From the NCBI GenBank assembly GCA_051599415.1, contig AP039694.1:310001-374000 (forward strand): a DNA stretch of 64,000 nt, given 5' to 3'. The DNA is from Savitreella phatthalungensis. Its lineage: Eukaryota. Shown piece by piece: positions 41,060-51,294 of the stretch. A program made the translations under genes and the position numbers. Each line of letters starts with the position of its first letter. Position 1 is the stretch's first letter. The notes under the pieces are model-generated. The model did no database searches. It saw nothing but the letters and a program-made list of their open reading frames with translations, and was not told where the DNA came from.

Positions 41060-42193
41060 TCACTTCTCCCTACCCAGCTTCGCCTTCTTGCGCTCTTCGT
41101 TCCACCGATAGACCGTACCGCTGCCCAGCATCAACACCCACAAGATGCCCCAGATCCCCACGGCGATGGCCGATATCGGACTAGCGGATCCATCCATCCC
41201 ACCGAAGATCCTGCCTGGGCATCTGCGTCCATCGGCAGTGAGCACTGGCTCGTACGGCTCTTGCCCACGACCTGCAATCCCGGCGACGTACCTCACAGCA
41301 CTTGCGTCGTCGTCTAGAGTGATCAATCTACCAGACATCCGCTCGTCCATGCCTGCGTCAGACACCACAGACACAGACACCTGTGGCGTAATACCGTCGA
41401 GAAAATCGTCGATCCCGCGAGCACGCGTACCTCGGAGATCAGCCTGCGCCACAAACTGGAACCGCGCGACCTCTCGCACACCAGAAGCGACTGCCTGCGC
41501 AGCCGGAGGTATTGGTGCCGCAGGTGGGCCGGTCGCAGTCACAGGAACAGCGCCGGCAAACGTCGCTTGCCGCTTCGTCAGTAGGTCGTGCGGCCGCTGA
41601 TGCCGTTCGACGACTCGTAGATTTGTATAGTTATCTGCATCTGCATCTGCATGTACATGGCCGTCGTCAGGCCCTCTCGACATCGACATTGACCTCTTGT
41701 TCAGTGTCATCGCACCGCCGTTGGGACCTCGGTTGATCGACAGTCCTCCGGACGCCGGCGGAGTCGATCTGATCGTCGCTAGCGAAGCGAACGAGACGTT
41801 GAGCGTCGTCATCGGCGGCAACTGGCCAGCACCTGCACTCATATACAGTCTGAGGTCGGCTGCAAACAGCCCTGTGGTATTCTCGATCGCCGGGACGTTA
41901 TAGCACACGAACACGCCGAGACTGTTGGTTTGGTTCTTCGCGAGTAGCGCTTCCACACCCGACGTGCACCCGGCCATCACACGAGCATTCCACCCATCCC
42001 GCACCGCCCCAGACACAGCCTCAGCAAATCCAATCGTCCCAGACACAGCAGGCTGCATCTTCATCGCCAGCGTCCGCGCACCCGTACCCTGAGCACCCAC
42101 GCCACAAGGCATCAGCGCCGCGCAAAGCAGCAGTCGAAAGAGAGACGTCGTGCTTGCGCCGGCAACCACCCATTTGTGTTCATCACGCCGCAT
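41060..42193 (-). CDS. Fungal hypothetical type I membrane protein
   Basis: Signal-like N-terminus, CYNVPAIENTTGLFAADLRLY motif, C-terminal TM helix and basic tail. Confidence 0.7.
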   Translation of the reverse strand: MRRDEHKWVVAGASTTSLFRLLLCAALMPCGVGAQGTGARTLAMKMQPAVSGTIGFAEAVSGAVRDGWNARVMAGCTSGVEALLAKNQTNSLGVFVCYNVPAIENTTGLFAADLRLYMSAGAGQLPPMTTLNVSFASLATIRSTPPASGGLSINRGPNGGAMTLNKRSMSMSRGPDDGHVHADADADNYTNLRVVERHQRPHDLLTKRQATFAGAVPVTATGPPAAPIPPAAQAVASGVREVARFQFVAQADLRGTRARGIDDFLDGITPQVSVSVVSDAGMDERMSGRLITLDDDASAVRYVAGIAGRGQEPYEPVLTADGRRCPGRIFGGMDGSASPISAIAVGIWGILWVLMLGSGTVYRWNEERKKAKLGREK

Positions 42194-43597
42194 ACTCTTG
42201 GTTGTGTGTCGGTGCTAATCGCATCGCCGTGGCAGCAAATCGTTCATGCGGTCGTGGCGTGTCGCGGGTTGTCAAGGTGTTATATGCGAGACACGGGTCG
42301 GCCCGATCGTAGCTTATATGGCCAGTGACTGGCGTCATCCTGGAGTCAACGTCATCGTATAGATTGCTACATGAGCCGGGGTTGTCCTTGCCTTGATTGT
42401 AAGACTCGTGTTTCGGAACCCGTCTGAGGGAGAACCCGGAGCTGTGGATGGGACGGTCTCACCCGGAGCCGTAGGGGACTGATGCATCTCGGGCTTCACC
42501 GAGTGTTCTGTTGTCTTCACCGTGGCAGGTGCTTACATGAACGGGTACACAAGCGGTCACACTCCTGCAGACTGGGTTTGGTCTCTTGCGTGCACCAGTG
42601 GGAAATCTATGCTAGCGTAAGTAACGCTTGTCTTACGTGATGTCATGTTGTCTGAGATGGAAAGACCCGTCGATACATCGCATTCTCCTCGATGTCATTG
42701 CCAGCTCGCATGTCGTTACATGAGCATTTGTTGAAAGCACAGCATCGGGCAAGAATTCTGCTGACGTATTCTAAGAGCTGTTGAGTATCCGCATCAACAC
42801 CTCGATCTTTGAGTCTTTGAGATGGGATGCAGAATGAGTCCCGCTGTGACCTGTCGTGTACAAGACGGCTACCGAGCAAATCGCCTTCATCACCAAACTC
42901 ATGTGTAAGCCGATCATCAGACACCAAATGTTTCACTGTGAATGTCTGCTTACCAACATCTCGGTCATCCACGTATCATTCTCACACATATGTCGTCTGG
43001 TCTCCACACAACAAACCTCCGGCATCAACAAAAGCCCTGGATATTGGTCCATCTTCTTGTTGCATTTTCAAGCTAGCTTACGTCCTCAGTCGACGCACAA
43101 TCGTTCTATTATTAGCTGACCAGGTGGTAAGCCAAAACATGGCAGCTATAATGAAAGGTACTCGCATGACCGAAGCGCATGTTTGTCGTCTGCCAAGGTA
43201 ATTGACAATCGCTCAAAGATAGAAGCATTGTCAGCGTAAAGTCTGGTGAGTCTGACGCTGGTGCACTGATACTGCCTCACATCTATCGCTCCTGTCGACG
43301 TACCTTGCCACGAGTCCTTTGAGGACTTCTGCTCAAAGGACATTACTTAACCATGCGTCACACAAATACTGCAGTGCTACACACACGAGAGTGCTTGTAT
43401 ACAGTGCTGGCACAACATAGAAGAGCACGTCCTAGGATTTCATTTCCCACAAAGCTATCGCGTGTGCCAGGCTGATATAACGTCGATCTCACACCGAGCT
43501 CGTGGATGGCAAGCATCATCGCCGTTCTGTGATAAAAACGTCGTCGGGCCCGGCCCTGCGACAATTTCGAGCTCAACAAAAAGAGCTTAATATCGAT

Positions 43598-45175
43598 ATG
43601 CAATCTTTGCTCTCTTCCATGCTCGTTGCAGGCTTGGCCTCAGCTGCCGTGGTGCAGGACACCGCACTTCTCAACAGGCGCGCGTTCGGGCCGATGCATT
43701 CGGCCGGGCCATCAGCAGGCGTTTCTGCTATGTCCAACTTAGGCTCAACGCCCAGTCACCCAGGGGTTCCGATGTCGGCAGCGATGAGCACTACAGCAGC
43801 TGCCGGTTGTCCAGCAAACGCTGACGCCTCCTTGCCTGACTCCTCCACACCGACGAATTCAATGTTCCAGGCTTCAACGCCATCACCGGCAATGTTCAAT
43901 CCGGGAACACCTCGCAGCTCAGCGACGCCTTCTCAGTCCTCGTTCTCGTCCGCGCCCTCGTTCTTGTCCGCGCCCTCGGCCGTGTCAGCCCCGGTTGCAC
44001 AGACTTCTAACTCTGCGAGCATGGGCGGGAAGAACGTTGTGGATGTCAGTGACGGAAACACTACGTCGACTGATATCGTTACGGGACATTTGCCGTCGGA
44101 TGGCGTGGGTGGGATCGCGCTGACCGACGCAAGCAACTTGCCGAGCACGCCGCCATCTCTGCGTCAGACGCTTGACGCGATCGATGCAGCCAAGCCCGGC
44201 GGCTTTAAACTCGGGCTCGAGAGCGGACCGAATCCAAGTGAGTTCGTGAAGGCTCGGCTGAAAGACACCTTCAATCTCGTCGTTGCAGGAAACGAGTGCA
44301 AGCCGGATGCGACAGAACAGGTAGAAGGAAAATTCGACCTGACTCGGTGCAAGCAGGTCAAGGCAGCCGCCGACGAGGCGAATGCATCGTTCCGCGTGCA
44401 TACGCTCATGTGGCACAACCAGCGTCCCAAGTGGATGCACGACACAAGCCTGTCGAAGGACGACATCAAGAACAAGATCTTGCCTAACCACGCCACGGGC
44501 GTCGTTACTGGTATGGGCCAGGTGTACTCGACGGATGTCATGAATGAGGTGGTAGCGGACATCGGCGGCGCGTTGCCTGCGAATGTGTCTGGGTGCGTGA
44601 CGCCCAAGGCAATCTGGCCAAACACAGTCGAGGACAAGAACTCGCAGGTGCTGTTCGGTGGCGATTTGAGCTGGATGGAGCCGCTCGTGTCGGCGGCGAA
44701 GAAGCCGGGGACAGGTGGACAGCTTCTCATCAACGACTACAATACGGGTCCAATGAACACAAAGACAAAGTGCGTGATCGAGCTGTTCAAGCAGCTGAAG
44801 CCATTCGGTCTTGACGGAATCGGATTCCAAATGCATATCGGCGCAGCAGACGCTCCGACCAAGGCGCAGATGGCAGAGACTTTCAAGGTGGTTGCCGATG
44901 CCGGTGGCGTTGTCGCCATCACTGAACTCGACGTCGACACACACAGCAACTCGGCACTCCTGACAAAGCAGGCCATCGTCTACGGCGATCTGCTCGACGC
45001 ATGCCTCGAGGCACCGAACTGTCACCAGTTTGTCGTCTGGGGACTCACAGACCAGGAGTCCTGGCTCAAGCCCCAAGCAGCAGCACTCCTGTACGACCAG
45101 GAGAAACCAAAGCAGGCCATCTTCGAGATCCAGGCAAGACTCGAGCGATTCCACAAGGCTATGGGCAAGAAGTAA
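43598..45175 (+). CDS. Secreted glycoside hydrolase family 10 (endo-1,4-beta-xylanase-like) with Ser/Pro/Ala-rich N-terminal extension
   Basis: Signal peptide; NECK, HTLMWHNQ.P.W, DVMNE (acid/base), LINDYN, DGIGFQMH, ITELDV (nucleophile) and VWGLTD..SW. Confidence 0.9.
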   Translation: MQSLLSSMLVAGLASAAVVQDTALLNRRAFGPMHSAGPSAGVSAMSNLGSTPSHPGVPMSAAMSTTAAAGCPANADASLPDSSTPTNSMFQASTPSPAMFNPGTPRSSATPSQSSFSSAPSFLSAPSAVSAPVAQTSNSASMGGKNVVDVSDGNTTSTDIVTGHLPSDGVGGIALTDASNLPSTPPSLRQTLDAIDAAKPGGFKLGLESGPNPSEFVKARLKDTFNLVVAGNECKPDATEQVEGKFDLTRCKQVKAAADEANASFRVHTLMWHNQRPKWMHDTSLSKDDIKNKILPNHATGVVTGMGQVYSTDVMNEVVADIGGALPANVSGCVTPKAIWPNTVEDKNSQVLFGGDLSWMEPLVSAAKKPGTGGQLLINDYNTGPMNTKTKCVIELFKQLKPFGLDGIGFQMHIGAADAPTKAQMAETFKVVADAGGVVAITELDVDTHSNSALLTKQAIVYGDLLDACLEAPNCHQFVVWGLTDQESWLKPQAAALLYDQEKPKQAIFEIQARLERFHKAMGKK

Positions 45176-46956
45176 GCTGATTGTTTGGCAGGTTTAGGAA
45201 TTCGTATCTTGATCATCTCACGTGTCCTGATCGCCCTTGTCGCCGCATGTAACCACGTACGTACTATGCATGTGCAAGGGACTTCAGATCATCCTGTTTG
45301 TAAGGTGTCTTGAACTTGATTGCCACATGGTTTCTTATGCACGGCCGGACGCGTCGTCCACTAGTTGACGCAAGCATCAGCGCCGTGCGGTGAGTTGGTC
45401 GACATAGAGGATTCACTGCGGGACGAAGAACGGAATTGGATGCGTGACCATCAGCCATGTCCATCGCCGCCGATCACGTGGGTGTGTAGAGCTGTTTCAT
45501 CCTTCTGTCTACCATATGCAGTCATAGGTCTCGAGCAAAGTACACGACGTCCACATCGAAGGATTGAGATCCAGTCCCCTCCAGCAACGCAATCTGAGCT
45601 TTTTGATGTGACCTGCATTAGCGTGGTCGAGATACATGCATACGCCGTGCATGCAGACACTGAAATATGAGGAGCCGCTTTTCCGCTACCGGCGCCCCAG
45701 AGAGTAGACGGCACAAACGCGAAAAAAAAGAGGAGTTCCAATCGATTCAATGGATCGAGTGATAAACAGATCTTCAGACCGGTCAATTTCCATGGCTGGC
45801 ATCTCCATCAATCAATCCATCCACCGCGATTCCTTACTCCTCATTTTTGAAACACGAGGCAGAACGGCAAGTAGTAAGTCGAATTTCTCCGCCGATCCGG
45901 AAGAGTTCTCACTGAGATCAGCTATGGCGTGGCGCGATCGACGCGACTCCATGATAAGTTGCTTCTGAATTATCAGGCTGTAGCAAATTCTGGCCAGAAG
46001 TGGGTTACCAATTCTTCCAAAACTGTACCGTGATCAGAGCCTACCGCCCTTGATGAGGGGTTCAGACGAGGCTGGATTCGTGCTCCAAGGTTCTCGGCTA
46101 TCTTCAGCCACGTTCGACCTTTCGTGAATTGCTTCCAAGGTCGAAAGCATTTCTGATACTCACCAGATTGTAGAATCTACTTCGAAACTCGCGTGCCCAC
46201 ATCGGTAAGTCGGCCGCGGCACGCTGCCGCAACCAGACTGACCTTGTGGGTTCTGATCTTCCTCACTGGAAACACGATTGACCTCCTGAATTCACCTCAT
46301 CTTGCCCGACTAGGTGGTGTATTCTCCTGGTGTCTTTCAATGTAATTCCCGACCAATCTTAAACGAGAAGATGAAACAGCACGAGACATCTTCTCAAATC
46401 ACTTGGTCTGTGCGTGATCTGATACACATCGAACAGGCTTATGCGGATCACACCCTGAAAACATGACCTGGGGCGAGCATGCAGTAAGCAGTGGGAACTC
46501 GTAAGACACACGGACCAGGTTTCGGAACCAGACCTCCTTACCAGATCGCATGCCTTGACTTACCAAAGCCATGTACGTGGCGCCAGCAGGACAGAAGCAG
46601 AAGAGTCCTCAAGTCCTTTATCCAGACACTCATTGGTCTTCAGGGGATCCAATGACATTTTAATGCTGTGGTGATATGCGCGTAGGTCAACGCTTCCACT
46701 CTATTCATCACATGTGAGCGACAAGTTACTCCGCCAGTACTCCTGCTGCTCCTGCTTCTGTTACTCCCGCTCTTGACTCCTCTCCACAGTCAAATGTCTC
46801 CGTAGATCACACGCAACCTCAATCAACAATTTCGATTGCCGTAGCTGACCTCGTAGATCCCAGGTCTCATGCCCACAACAGACCACAAGACTCGCCTACC
46901 CATCCATCTCCTCCATCCAACCAAGCAGACCACTAGCTCTGTCTCCACCATCCGCT

Positions 46957-47015
46957 GCCATCTCCACAGCCATCTCCACAGCCATCTCCACAGCCATCTC
47001 CACAGCCATCTCCAC
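46957..47015. repeat. 12-bp tandem repeat (GCCATCTCCACA) x ~5
   Basis: Four perfect units plus 11 bp of a fifth, ~230 bp upstream of the GH5 ATG. Confidence 0.95.
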
Positions 47016-47245
47016 CATCTCCTCCAACACCACTCCCAACTGAAGCTAGCCCCATATACTCCACGCATCGCCATCGTCTCATAAGCAACGCGTACCCGGC
47101 GCGCAACTTCACGATTCGTCAACCACACCAATTGACAGTCCACAACTACCTTGTCTTCTCTTCCACATCGTCCTTCTGCTCACGCTTCAGGACTGTGATT
47201 TTTCCAAAAGCTGCGTGGTAGAGGCAGACTTTAATCTTCATTGTC

Positions 47246-48484
47246 ATGCTCTTCTACGCTCTCGCCGCGCTAGTGGCAGCCGTTGTTGCCGGTCCGCTAC
47301 AAAAACGCAATACATTTGCATATGGTCAGCAACAGGTCCGCGGTGTCAACATCGGTGGCTGGCTTGTGCTCGAGCCTTGGATCAAGCCATCCCTCTTCCA
47401 GCAATTCGTCGGCAAGGCAAATCCCGCCGTGGACGAGTACACGTTCTGCCAAAACCTTGGATATGCTGAAGCACAGCGTCAGCTTACAGCACACTGGAAC
47501 TCCTTCTACACGGAAAACGACTTTGTCATCTTCAAGCAGCAAGGTCTCAACCACGTGCGTATCCCGATCGGCTACTGGGCATTTGATGTCCAGCCAGGAG
47601 AGCCATGGGTGCAGGGTGCTGCGGAGCAGCTCGACAAGGCACTTGGTTGGGCTTCCCGTCAAGGTCTCTACGTCTGGATCGACCTGCACGGTGCCCCAGG
47701 CTCCCAGAACGGATTCGACAACTCCGGAAAGAAAGGACCGATCAATTGGGGTGATGCAGCAACCGTCGACCGTACACTTCGCGTGCTCCAGACCGTCACA
47801 CAGCGCTACGGCAGCAACCCGATCGTGCAGGGCATTGAGCTCCTGAATGAGCCAGCTGGCTTCTCGATCCCTGTTCAGACGATCAAAGACTTCTACGCAC
47901 GCGGCTACCAGATCACCCAGTCGTACAACCGCGTCACGGTTATGCAAGCTGCCTTTGTCGACTACAGCCAGATGACGAGCACCTTTGGCGCGGGCACTGG
48001 CTACAATAACATTGCTCTCGATGCTCACACCTACCAAATCTTCTCTCCAGGAGAAAACGCACGCACCCACCAGCAGCACGTGGCAAATGCTTGCGGAAAT
48101 CGTGCATCTATCGGTCAAGCCAACCAGAAGCTCTGGACGATCACTGGCGAGTGGACCGCGGCTCAGAACGACTGCGCCTACTGGCTGAATGGATTCGGCA
48201 CCGGCGCGCGCTACGACGGCTCGTTCCCGGATTCCTACTACATCGGCTCGTGTGCCGGACAGAACACGATCGCGTCACTCACGGCACAGCAGAAGGCAGA
48301 GACGCGGGAATTCATCCTCGCTCAGCTGGACGCTTACGAGACTGGCTCAGGCTGGTTCTTCTGGGCTGGCAAGACCGAGTCTGCCGAGCTCTGGGATTTC
48401 CAGAAGCTCGTTTACAATGGTCTCATGCCACAGCCACTCGACCAAGCCAGAGGATTCTGTAACCCTTACCCGTACTCCAACTAG
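47246..48484 (+). CDS. Secreted GH5 exo-beta-1,3-glucanase (Exg1-like)
   Basis: Signal peptide and KR site, VRGVNIGGWLVLEPWI.PSLF, HVRIPIGYWAF, IDLHGAPGSQNGFDNSG, LLNEP and TGEWTAA. Confidence 0.96.
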   Translation: MLFYALAALVAAVVAGPLQKRNTFAYGQQQVRGVNIGGWLVLEPWIKPSLFQQFVGKANPAVDEYTFCQNLGYAEAQRQLTAHWNSFYTENDFVIFKQQGLNHVRIPIGYWAFDVQPGEPWVQGAAEQLDKALGWASRQGLYVWIDLHGAPGSQNGFDNSGKKGPINWGDAATVDRTLRVLQTVTQRYGSNPIVQGIELLNEPAGFSIPVQTIKDFYARGYQITQSYNRVTVMQAAFVDYSQMTSTFGAGTGYNNIALDAHTYQIFSPGENARTHQQHVANACGNRASIGQANQKLWTITGEWTAAQNDCAYWLNGFGTGARYDGSFPDSYYIGSCAGQNTIASLTAQQKAETREFILAQLDAYETGSGWFFWAGKTESAELWDFQKLVYNGLMPQPLDQARGFCNPYPYSN

Positions 48485-49067
48485 ACGACACATCTTCGCC
48501 CACGTGGACAAGACTGCTAGTCCACAGCAGCACACTCCGCACTCCTTCTCGCACTTGCCGGAAACTCATCTCTTGGCATATGACCAAAGCAGCCTAGCAG
48601 CTAGCTTACACTTACTCAGCACTGACACGACCTTTACTCACGTAGCGCTTCTCAAAAGGATTCTCTTTACTTGCAAGTTCACATCTCACCGCTGCTCAGA
48701 TGCCTCTATGCATGCGCCACCGTCGAATGCAGCACGTGTCATTGTTGTGCAATTGCAGACCCACGAAACGTTCTAAATGAGTCGCCACTCGTAAGATTTG
48801 ACCGAAGTTCAGACAAGATTCAAGCCAAGGGCTATCGGCCCCTCACGTCCACCCGATGCCGACAGCCTAGATCGAATCACAATGCACGGCCGCCACCAGA
48901 TAAAGCCGTGGCGGTCCGTAGCTTCTTGTTTCACTCGTCCGCCTTTCTGGCAGTATGACGGTGAGCGTTTCGTCCTTGTGAACTTTTGTCGGCGACAATC
49001 GACCGAGTGACTTGGCAGAAAAAGTCGAGCGATCGCGGTTTCCCACCACACCCCGCGAACACGTACC

Positions 49068-49565
49068 ATGAGACGGGCGTGTCCCGAGACAGACTCGCTG
49101 TACGCGTGGAGTGACGCTGTCGCTCGTGATCTGAGCGGTCTCGAGAAAGCTCCGCCTGAGGAGGACGGGGTGGTGCCGTTGTTCAGCAACCCGTTCAGGA
49201 GGTCGCACTGGCGACAGCATGCATTCTACAGCGTGATGGGACCGGTGCTCGTGGTTGCTTTCTTGACGGCCGTCGTGTTTGTCGGGGTGGCTGCAGGGAA
49301 TGGTGGAAGTGCTGCGATGGCGAGAGCCGACGGCCACGTCGTCACACAGGTGGCCAATACGAATGTCAGCGCAGACTTACCGCCACCGCCGCGGTATGGT
49401 CTGGTGCAGGATGTGAGCGAGCGAGGGGGTCGATCGAATGCGATGGCACCAGAACCGAGTAACACCACGACGACGACGACGACGACAACAAGCACAAAGA
49501 CAACGGCGGCAGAGCAGCTCGCGACACCCTGGTGGTCAAACTTCTTCAACTTCTTCGGCCTATAG
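49068..49565 (+). CDS. Hypothetical single-pass membrane protein with Thr-rich tail
   Basis: 165-codon ATG ORF with TM VMGPVLVVAFLTAVVFVGVAA, a PPPPRY motif and poly-Thr. Confidence 0.5.
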   Translation: MRRACPETDSLYAWSDAVARDLSGLEKAPPEEDGVVPLFSNPFRRSHWRQHAFYSVMGPVLVVAFLTAVVFVGVAAGNGGSAAMARADGHVVTQVANTNVSADLPPPPRYGLVQDVSERGGRSNAMAPEPSNTTTTTTTTTSTKTTAAEQLATPWWSNFFNFFGL

Positions 49566-49625
49566 ACACGTGATAGTGGGCAAATTGCTTCACGAGATCG
49601 TAATTTTATTTCTTTTCCTTTGTTT

Positions 49626-51098
49626 CTACGCTGGTGGTTTCGGTGGCGGCGGGAGGAGACCGCGAGAAGTGAAGATGACGGGGAGGCCGTGACCGCCGCG
49701 CTTACCACACTGCCTTGATTTGGAAGAGGCGAGCTCGATGTCTAGCGCGTGAAAGTGCTCGGCAGTGATGAAGAGGTGGATGGTGGGTGAGAGCGCTGCA
49801 AGCCTGGCAGGCCGGGAGACGGAGCAGACAGGGTCCTCCTGACGAAGAGGGTCGCAAAACACAACGTTCTCAGGAGACGCACCGTGATCGATCTGCCAAA
49901 CTTCCCCACCGTGATGTCTGCCGGACGGGTTAGTGAAAGGAGCGCCAATCTCCGGCGAGAGCGCAGGGAGGCCATCGAGATGATGAACAACGCGGAAGAG
50001 GGCGGTATTGGTGGCGTTGGGGCCAACGAGGACACGGTCGACGTAGTCGGCGAACGCGGCATTGCCAGTGCGTGGTTGACCCTGAGTAACAACGAGGAGC
50101 GGGGTCCTCAATGAGAGAACATGCTCACGCAAGAGCAATCCTGTCATCACGGCCACACAACCACCGAGCCCGTGGCCTGTCACGAGCACGGAATAGTCCC
50201 TCTGACGACTGACCTCTCCGCGCACGATCTCGGCGACTTCCTGAGCGCGCAATTGCGTAGCCTGAAGGAAACCACGCTGGACTGCGACCTCTGGTTTTAC
50301 GTTGCCTCTGCCAGAGGTCAGCGTCCCAGTAGAGGTGCCGTCCGATAAGTTGAGCGGCACGTGCGCAGTGTCTAGATGACGTTTTATATCGGCAAAAGTG
50401 AAAGCGCCTCGGAATGCTACAATGATCTGCTTAGCATCATCATCTGTGGCCACAAAGCCAGCTGCGCCGCCACCGCTGACAGTTCGATCGAGGACACGAA
50501 CTAGTCTAGCCCCGACGGGCTGAGGACATGCATTGTCCGACTCCTCGGAAGCAGTGTACGCCGCGCTCGAAAAAGCCGTTGCGCGCTGTAGCATCGTGAC
50601 GAGCTCTGCGCGAGAGGGTGCTCCAGCTGCAGAAACGTTCCCGCGGGATGACATCAGCCTCGAGATGTAGCTAGGGGTAGCAGATCGAGAGTCTTGAATC
50701 CGAACGCCTGTCGATTGTGACGCTGTGTCTTGTGAGCTCTTATTATAGCCTGGTGAACTTGTGAACTCTGCGACAGCGATGAAGATAGCAATAGCTAAGA
50801 CCAGGATGCCGATGACAATGGACATTATTATGCAGCATTTGCAGCAGCAGCCGCGTTTCCGTCTCTTTCGACGCTCCTTGGCGACAATTTCGGCGGTTCC
50901 AAGCACGTGAGGCGATTTCTCAGTGAAAGCGCCGAGGTGAGCTGTCGTTGAAGCATCAGGTCGCGTCGTGAGTAGTCGACGCGTCGAGGCATCTGAGTAG
51001 ACTGAGGCCAGCGATGGCGCGAGTGGCCCACTGATGCTGCGAGGCAGATTATCGAATGACTCTGTCGATTGACGGCGCGCCCTTGGACGCCAAGGCAT
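49626..51098 (-). CDS. Class-3 lipase-like type II membrane protein, probably catalytically inactive
   Basis: FSSAAY, GFVA.D...IIVAFRG, VQRGF, VLVTGHGLGG, GQPRTGNAAFADYV, RVVHHLD, HHGGEVW and TM helix after the basic/Cys cluster. Confidence 0.85.
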   Translation of the reverse strand: MPWRPRARRQSTESFDNLPRSISGPLAPSLASVYSDASTRRLLTTRPDASTTAHLGAFTEKSPHVLGTAEIVAKERRKRRKRGCCCKCCIIMSIVIGILVLAIAIFIAVAEFTSSPGYNKSSQDTASQSTGVRIQDSRSATPSYISRLMSSRGNVSAAGAPSRAELVTMLQRATAFSSAAYTASEESDNACPQPVGARLVRVLDRTVSGGGAAGFVATDDDAKQIIVAFRGAFTFADIKRHLDTAHVPLNLSDGTSTGTLTSGRGNVKPEVAVQRGFLQATQLRAQEVAEIVRGEVSRQRDYSVLVTGHGLGGCVAVMTGLLLREHVLSLRTPLLVVTQGQPRTGNAAFADYVDRVLVGPNATNTALFRVVHHLDGLPALSPEIGAPFTNPSGRHHGGEVWQIDHGASPENVVFCDPLRQEDPVCSVSRPARLAALSPTIHLFITAEHFHALDIELASSKSRQCGKRGGHGLPVIFTSRGLLPPPPKPPA

Positions 51099-51294
51099 AC
51101 TCACCGATGACTAGCAGGAGAAATCGCGAGGCTCTGATTTGATAGAGTTGCCTCGAGATGACATGGTAGAAATGCTGATATGAATTGGTCAAGATTACTG
51201 CAACGGACAGCGTCACAGGTGGCAGAGTCGTTGACGGCAGCACGAAACGTGTTGCAGGTTCGTGCGCACAGGGTTGGAGCTGGCTCTGGACCAT

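Noticed and set aside
43985..45154. 389-aa antisense ORF opposite GH10 (similar ones oppose GH5, the S10 peptidase and the alpha/beta hydrolase)
   Set aside because: Antisense shadows expected from biased codon usage; low-information translations.
46957..47015. CRISPR-like array
   Set aside because: Head-to-tail 12-mers with no spacers, eukaryotic context and no cas genes.
46823..47143. Trp/Arg-rich (WRWL)n and His-rich (HSHL)n mini-ORFs
   Set aside because: Simply translations of the 12-bp tandem repeat; no independent coding evidence.
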